In this document: piece by piece, positions 59,065 to 64,000 of the stretch
Layout of the letters: every line of letters begins with the position of its first letter
Position numbering within the stretch: the first letter of the stretch is position 1
Assembly: GCF_049554935.1 (NCBI RefSeq)
Contig: NZ_CP186926.1
Coordinates: forward strand, 416,001 to 480,000
Source of the DNA: Methanocaldococcus indicus
Lineage (GTDB): Archaea; AGJL01; Methanococci; Methanococcales; Methanocaldococcaceae
Direction: 5' to 3'
DNA length: 64,000 nucleotides
Program-made: the position numbers and the translations under genes
Notes under the pieces: generated by a model
What the model was told of the DNA's origin: nothing
The model's input: only the letters and a program-made list of their open reading frames with translations
Database searches by the model: none

Positions 59065-60057
59065 ATGAAAATAACTAAGCTTCATGGTGCTGGAGGAACT
59101 GTAATGCAACAACTAATTAAAGATTTAATTTTAAACAATATTGAGCTAAAATCAGCTGGTTCTTTGTCTTTGGATGATTTAGATGATTCATCAACTATAA
59201 AAATTTTTGATAATGAAATAGCTCTAACAACTGACAGCTATACTGTAAATCCTATATTTTTCAAAGGAGGAGATATTGGTAGATTAGCTGTCTCTGGGAC
59301 TGTTAATGACTTAGCTGTTGTTGGTGCTAAACCATTAGCTTTAACACTCTCATTCATACTTCCTGAAGGTTTTGAATATGAAAAGTTAGAGAGAATAGTT
59401 AAATCAATAAATGAAACATCTAAAGAAGCAGAAGTCCCTATAATAACTGGGGATACAAAAGTATCAGATAGTGTTAATGATATTGTAATAAATACATCTG
59501 GAGTAGGGATAGTTAAAAAGCTTTTAAAGGATAGTAATGTTAAAGAAGGAGATGCTATAATAATATCTGGAAATATAGCTGAGCATGGATTAGCTATTCT
59601 ATTGGAAAGAGAGGGCTTTGAATTTGAGACAAATATAAAATCTGATGTCTCTCCACTAAATAAGATGATTGAGGAAATTTTAGATTTAGATATTCATGCA
59701 ATGAAAGACCCTACAAGGGGAGGAGTAGCTAATGCACTAAATGAATTAGCAGAGAAGAGTAATATAGGAATTGTTATAGAGGAAGATAAATTACCAATCA
59801 GTGAAGAAGTTAAAGGTTTGTGTGAAATATTGGGATTAGACCCATTAACAATAGCAAATGAGGGAAAGGTTATTATAGCAGTTAATAGAGATGATGCAGA
59901 AGAGTGTTTAAGAAGATTAAGAAAAACAAAATATGGAAAAAATGCTGAAATAGTGGGATATGCAACAAAGGAACATAAAGGAGTATTGCTTGATACTGGT
60001 ATTGGTAAGAGAATTATTGACTCTCCAATTGGAGACCCAATACCAAGAGTGTGCTGA
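59065..60057 (+). CDS. hypE: Hydrogenase maturation factor HypE
   Basis: HGAGG, TTDSY, GTVND, DPTRGG, ANEG, C-terminal PRVC. Confidence 0.97.
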   Translation: MKITKLHGAGGTVMQQLIKDLILNNIELKSAGSLSLDDLDDSSTIKIFDNEIALTTDSYTVNPIFFKGGDIGRLAVSGTVNDLAVVGAKPLALTLSFILPEGFEYEKLERIVKSINETSKEAEVPIITGDTKVSDSVNDIVINTSGVGIVKKLLKDSNVKEGDAIIISGNIAEHGLAILLEREGFEFETNIKSDVSPLNKMIEEILDLDIHAMKDPTRGGVANALNELAEKSNIGIVIEEDKLPISEEVKGLCEILGLDPLTIANEGKVIIAVNRDDAEECLRRLRKTKYGKNAEIVGYATKEHKGVLLDTGIGKRIIDSPIGDPIPRVC

Positions 60058-60067
60058 GGGATAGTAA

Positions 60068-61360
60068 ATGATAGTTGAAAGAGTTGAAGAATATTTAGAA
60101 AGAATAGAAAAAAACAAAGATTTAAATGCATTCTTAGAGATAAATGAGAATATAGTAGAAGAAGCAAAAAAATTAGAGAAAGATGAAAAAGCTAAGAAAA
60201 AGCCACTTTATGGAAAAGTTGTTGCTATAAAAGCAAATATTAATGTTGAAGGTTATACAATTTCTTGTGCTTCTAAAACTTTGGAGAACTATATAGCTCC
60301 TTATGATGCAACAGTTGTAAAAAAATTAAAAGATGCAGGAGCTTTAATAATAGGAATAACAAACATGGATGAGTTTGCCTGTGGAAGTTCAGGAGAAACT
60401 TCTTATTTTGGACCAACAAAAAACCCTAAGGCAAAGGATAGAATTCCAGGAGGTTCTTCAAGTGGAAGTGCAGCAGCAGTTGCTGCTGATTTATGTGATT
60501 TTGCATTAGGAAGTGATACAGGAGGTAGTATTAGAAATCCATCATCCCATTGTGGTGTTGTTGGCTTTAAACCAAGTTATGGAGTTGTTAGTAGATATGG
60601 ATTAGCTGATTTGGCTATGAGTTTAGACCAAATAGGACCAATAACAAAAACAGCAGAAGATGCTTTATTATTAACAAATATAATAAAAGGTTTAGATGAT
60701 AAAGATAATACAACAGTTGAAACCCCAGAATATAAAAAGAAAGATATTAAGGGCTTTAAAGTTGGAGTTGTTAAGGAGTTTATGAAAGTTACTGATGAGA
60801 AAATAATGAATAAGATAGAAAAGGCCATTGATGTCTTTAAAGATTTAGGTTGTGAGATAGTTGAGCTAAGCTATAAATATATTGATTTAGCTCTTCCAAC
60901 ATACTATTTAATAAATTATGTTGAGTTCTTCTCTGCAACAAGAAAATATGATGGAAGAAGATATGGATATAGAATAGAAGAAGTTTGTGGAGATGAAGTT
61001 CTAAGAAGAATAACAATAGGTTCAATAATTAGCCAAAAAGAGTACAGTGGAAAATACTACAAAAAAGCTCTAAAAGCAAGAAATATAATGAGAAATGAAA
61101 TATTTAGAATATTAAAAGATATTGACATTATTGTTTCTCCAACTGTTCCAAAACTACCTCACAAATTAGGAGAAAAGTTATCTCCAATGGATATGTATAG
61201 TTATGATGTCCTAACAGTTATAGCAAACTTAGCAGGACTACCAGCAGGAACAATTCCAGCTGGAGATATAAATGGAATTCCAGTAGGATTACAAATTATG
61301 GCTAAGCCATTTGAAGATGAAAAAGTTTTAAGTGCAATGATTGCATTTGAAAAAAGTTAA
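60068..61360 (+). CDS. gatA: Amidotransferase subunit A
   Basis: NMDEFA, PGGSSSGSAA, GSDTGGSIR, SRYG. Confidence 0.95.
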   Translation: MIVERVEEYLERIEKNKDLNAFLEINENIVEEAKKLEKDEKAKKKPLYGKVVAIKANINVEGYTISCASKTLENYIAPYDATVVKKLKDAGALIIGITNMDEFACGSSGETSYFGPTKNPKAKDRIPGGSSSGSAAAVAADLCDFALGSDTGGSIRNPSSHCGVVGFKPSYGVVSRYGLADLAMSLDQIGPITKTAEDALLLTNIIKGLDDKDNTTVETPEYKKKDIKGFKVGVVKEFMKVTDEKIMNKIEKAIDVFKDLGCEIVELSYKYIDLALPTYYLINYVEFFSATRKYDGRRYGYRIEEVCGDEVLRRITIGSIISQKEYSGKYYKKALKARNIMRNEIFRILKDIDIIVSPTVPKLPHKLGEKLSPMDMYSYDVLTVIANLAGLPAGTIPAGDINGIPVGLQIMAKPFEDEKVLSAMIAFEKS

Positions 61361-61370
61361 AAAATTAAAA

Positions 61371-61868
61371 TTATTCTTTATTTTCATATTTTTTAAATAA
61401 TTCATCATATTTCCCTTCATTAATCTCTTTTGTTACTTCTTTTGGGTCTTTTCCTTCAACAGTAACTCCCATTGAACCACAAGTTCCAATAACTTCTTTT
61501 GCTGCATTTTTTAATGTGTAAGATAGCATAGAATCAAATTTCATTTTAGCTATTTTAATTACTTGTTCCATTGTTAAATTTCCAACAACTTCATGTCTTG
61601 GTTCATGAGCAGCTGTTTCAATTCCAAGCTCTTTCTTTATTAATGCAGATGTTGGAGGAATTCCAACCTCTATCTCAAATGTTCTTTTTTCAGTATCAAC
61701 AATAACCTTAACTGGAACTTGCATTCCTTCATATTCTTTTGTTCTCTTGTTTATCTCATTAACTACTTGCATTACATTAACTCCTAATGGACCTATTGCT
61801 GGACCAAGTGGTGGCCCTGCAGTTGCTTTCCCTCCAGTAACTAATACTTCAACAACCTCCTTAGCCAT
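61371..61868 (-). CDS. rpl11: 50S ribosomal protein L11
   Basis: [25 protein letters not shown]. Confidence 0.97.
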   Translation of the reverse strand: MAKEVVEVLVTGGKATAGPPLGPAIGPLGVNVMQVVNEINKRTKEYEGMQVPVKVIVDTEKRTFEIEVGIPPTSALIKKELGIETAAHEPRHEVVGNLTMEQVIKIAKMKFDSMLSYTLKNAAKEVIGTCGSMGVTVEGKDPKEVTKEINEGKYDELFKKYENKE

Positions 61869-61955
61869 AAATCTCACCTAATTTATCTAATATTATAATT
61901 AATTATAAAAAAATAAGATTTAGTGTTATGAAATATAAATAACAAATATATAAAG

Positions 61956-62396
61956 TTATTCCTTCTTTTTAATAATTTTTACATTTTCAACTGGAACAGT
62001 TATAGGGATAGGGACAGCAGCATTCTCTAATTCTAATGTAACTTCTTCTTTATTTTTATCAACTCTAATAACTTTAGCCCTTTCTCCCTTAAATGGACCA
62101 GCAATAATCTCTACTAAATCTCCTTTCTCTAAGCTTTCAATAATTCTTTTTGGAGTTAGTAACGGCTCAACCTCTTCAATTGTTATAACTCCTTTAACCA
62201 TTCCTCTAACTCTTGGCATTCCTTTAATGAGTTCTTTAACTTCATCCTCATTCTCAGCTTCAACTAACAAATATCCTTTTAAATTTTCTGTTGCTAATAT
62301 GGCATATACATTTAGTTGTTCTTTTTCTGCCTTTTTGGCTAATAAATTTGCTATATTCTTTTCTTGTCCTGATATTGTCCTAATAGCAAAAATCAT
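61956..62396 (-). CDS. spt5: Transcription elongation factor Spt5
   Basis: NGN domain (GQEKN, LKGYLLVE) plus KOW (GDLVEIIAGPFKG). Confidence 0.96.
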   Translation of the reverse strand: MIFAIRTISGQEKNIANLLAKKAEKEQLNVYAILATENLKGYLLVEAENEDEVKELIKGMPRVRGMVKGVITIEEVEPLLTPKRIIESLEKGDLVEIIAGPFKGERAKVIRVDKNKEEVTLELENAAVPIPITVPVENVKIIKKKE

Positions 62397-62509
62397 ATTA
62401 ATATCACCAAAAAATGAATTATTTTCTATTTAAAAGTTTTTAAATTTATTGTTATAAAAATAGTATAAGGTAATTAGTGGTTTAAAGTATATAAACATTA
62501 TTTTTAAAG

Positions 62510-63424
62510 TTATAAGTTCTTTAAGTTCTTTATTATATTTGCCATTGCTATGCAACCATCCCCTACAGCTTTAGCTACTTGCATAACTCCTCCTCTTACA
62601 TCCCCAACTGCATAAACACCATCAATATTAGTTTTACAGTTTTCATCTGTTTTAATATATCCTCTTTTATCTAACTCAATTCCAGAATCTTTCAAAAATT
62701 CTGTATTTGGAATATGCCCCAAGCTTATAAATATTCCATCTGCTTTAACCTCTTTTATTTCTCCATTTACCTCAATCTTTAAACCTTCTGCTTTTTCTTT
62801 TCCTAAAATTTCAATTGGTTTGGCATTATAAATAACTTCTAAATTTTTTATTTCATTTAATTTATCTAACATTATTGGTTCAGCTACTTTAAACTCTGAC
62901 TTATCAGTTATTAATATTATCTTTCTTGCAATATCTTTTAGGTTAATAGCACTCATTACTGCTGATGTATCTCTTCCATAAACTATAACATCCTTATTCA
63001 AATAAAAGAAGGCATCACACATTGTGCAATAACTTACACCTTTCCCAATAAATTTATCTTCACCAATATTTAATGTCTTTGGTCTTGTTCCAGTAGCTAT
63101 AACTATTGTTTTTGTTTCATAAGTATTTTTATTAGTTATTACTTTGTAAGGTTTTTCTTTGACATCAATTTTTATAACCTCCTCATAAATGATAGGTAGT
63201 TTAAAATGTTCAGCATGCTCTTTAAATTTCTGAGCTAATTCATAACCCCTTATACTAACAAATCCAGGATAATTTTCAACTAAACCAGCCTCAGCAATTC
63301 TGCCTCCAGCATTTTCTTTTTCAATACATAAAGCTTTTAGTTTTCCTCTCATTGCATATATTCCAGCAGTTAAACCTCCTGGGCCAGCACCTATAATAAT
63401 AGTGTCATACACAACAATCACCAA
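62510..63424 (-). CDS. trxB: Thioredoxin reductase (probable F420-dependent DFTR type)
   Basis: [18 protein letters not shown]; NADPH GGGxxA motif replaced by GRDTSA. Confidence 0.85.
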   Translation of the reverse strand: MVIVVYDTIIIGAGPGGLTAGIYAMRGKLKALCIEKENAGGRIAEAGLVENYPGFVSIRGYELAQKFKEHAEHFKLPIIYEEVIKIDVKEKPYKVITNKNTYETKTIVIATGTRPKTLNIGEDKFIGKGVSYCTMCDAFFYLNKDVIVYGRDTSAVMSAINLKDIARKIILITDKSEFKVAEPIMLDKLNEIKNLEVIYNAKPIEILGKEKAEGLKIEVNGEIKEVKADGIFISLGHIPNTEFLKDSGIELDKRGYIKTDENCKTNIDGVYAVGDVRGGVMQVAKAVGDGCIAMANIIKNLKNL

Positions 63425-64000
63425 AAACTTCTTTTATTAAAGATTCTATATACTCTCTATTATATAGGTTGGTTATCCATCTTTTTGGAATATCTTCATA
63501 ATAAGCTCCTGCAATTGCTCCATACATTGATGCTAAACTATCTGTATCTCCTCCAGCATTTATACATTTAAGCATTCCTTCCTTAAAATTGTCAGTTAAT
63601 AGATATGTTGCAATTGCAGAGGGAACAACTTCCTTAGCTAAAACCCCAGTGCCAAAGTAGTTATATGCATCATCAACATCTTCAAAATTTTTAATTTCTA
63701 AGATTCTTTTAGCTATCTCTTTATCAATATCTTTTATATATGTATAGCATTCATCTAAAAGTTTCAAATTCTTCTCATCATTTAAAGCTTTATATACAAA
63801 AAACCCAATAGCCAAAGCTCCTGCAATTGCCTTAGGATTGTTGTGTGTTATTTTTGATGATTTTATAATTTCTCTCTTAATTATTTTCAAATCTTTATAG
63901 TAAAGAGGGATAGGATAGATTCTCATAGCAGCTCCACAACTTTCACCATCAACACCTGAAAAGTCATTATTTTTTAGCTTTTCAATTGCTTTTAATGTTG
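63405..64000 (-). CDS. ADP-ribosylglycohydrolase family protein, 5' end outside the window
   Basis: [30 protein letters not shown]; frame stays open to the window edge. Confidence 0.88.
   Translation of the reverse strand, partial: TLKAIEKLKNNDFSGVDGESCGAAMRIYPIPLYYKDLKIIKREIIKSSKITHNNPKAIAGALAIGFFVYKALNDEKNLKLLDECYTYIKDIDKEIAKRILEIKNFEDVDDAYNYFGTGVLAKEVVPSAIATYLLTDNFKEGMLKCINAGGDTDSLASMYGAIAGAYYEDIPKRWITNLYNREYIESLIKEVFGDCCV

Noticed and set aside
63405-64000. ADP-ribosylglycohydrolase as a DraG-type nitrogenase switch
   Set aside because: About 10 kb from nifH in a housekeeping run, no DraT seen, and NifI1/I2 already provide the known archaeal switch-off

Overview
AT-rich archaeal chromosome segment from a hyperthermophilic Methanocaldococcus-like methanogen (Methanococcales). 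Most of it is housekeeping: intein-bearing polB, rfcS (3 inteins) and hel308; tbp, hisH, pheA, pyrK, ndk, carA, tRNA-Ser(TGA); an exosome-less ribosome-biogenesis cluster; aroA, dcd, cbiH, a FecCD-type ABC transporter, hypE, gatA, rpl11, spt5 and trxB. Accessory content includes an orphan CRISPR array (16 repeats) and a ~13 kb block carrying nifH-I1-I2-D-K, unknown ORFs, fdx, nifE (no nifN), hacB, modABC, NrpR operators, an IS6 element and a ModE-like regulator. Features absent from the ORF track were read directly from the sequence: a C/D-box sRNA, an H/ACA sRNA, rpoP and a 34-aa His-rich micro-lipoprotein. Most unusual signals: (i) an apparent off-register CRISPR spacer integration that duplicated a ~30-bp non-repeat segment; (ii) an 84-bp double-hairpin element flanked by two synonymous-variant copies of the rfcS 3' end; (iii) a HypC-like gene inside the nif operon; (iv) the micro-lipoprotein; (v) a perfect 26-bp palindrome in the nifH promoter. 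All family assignments come from recognising motifs by eye; no searches were run.
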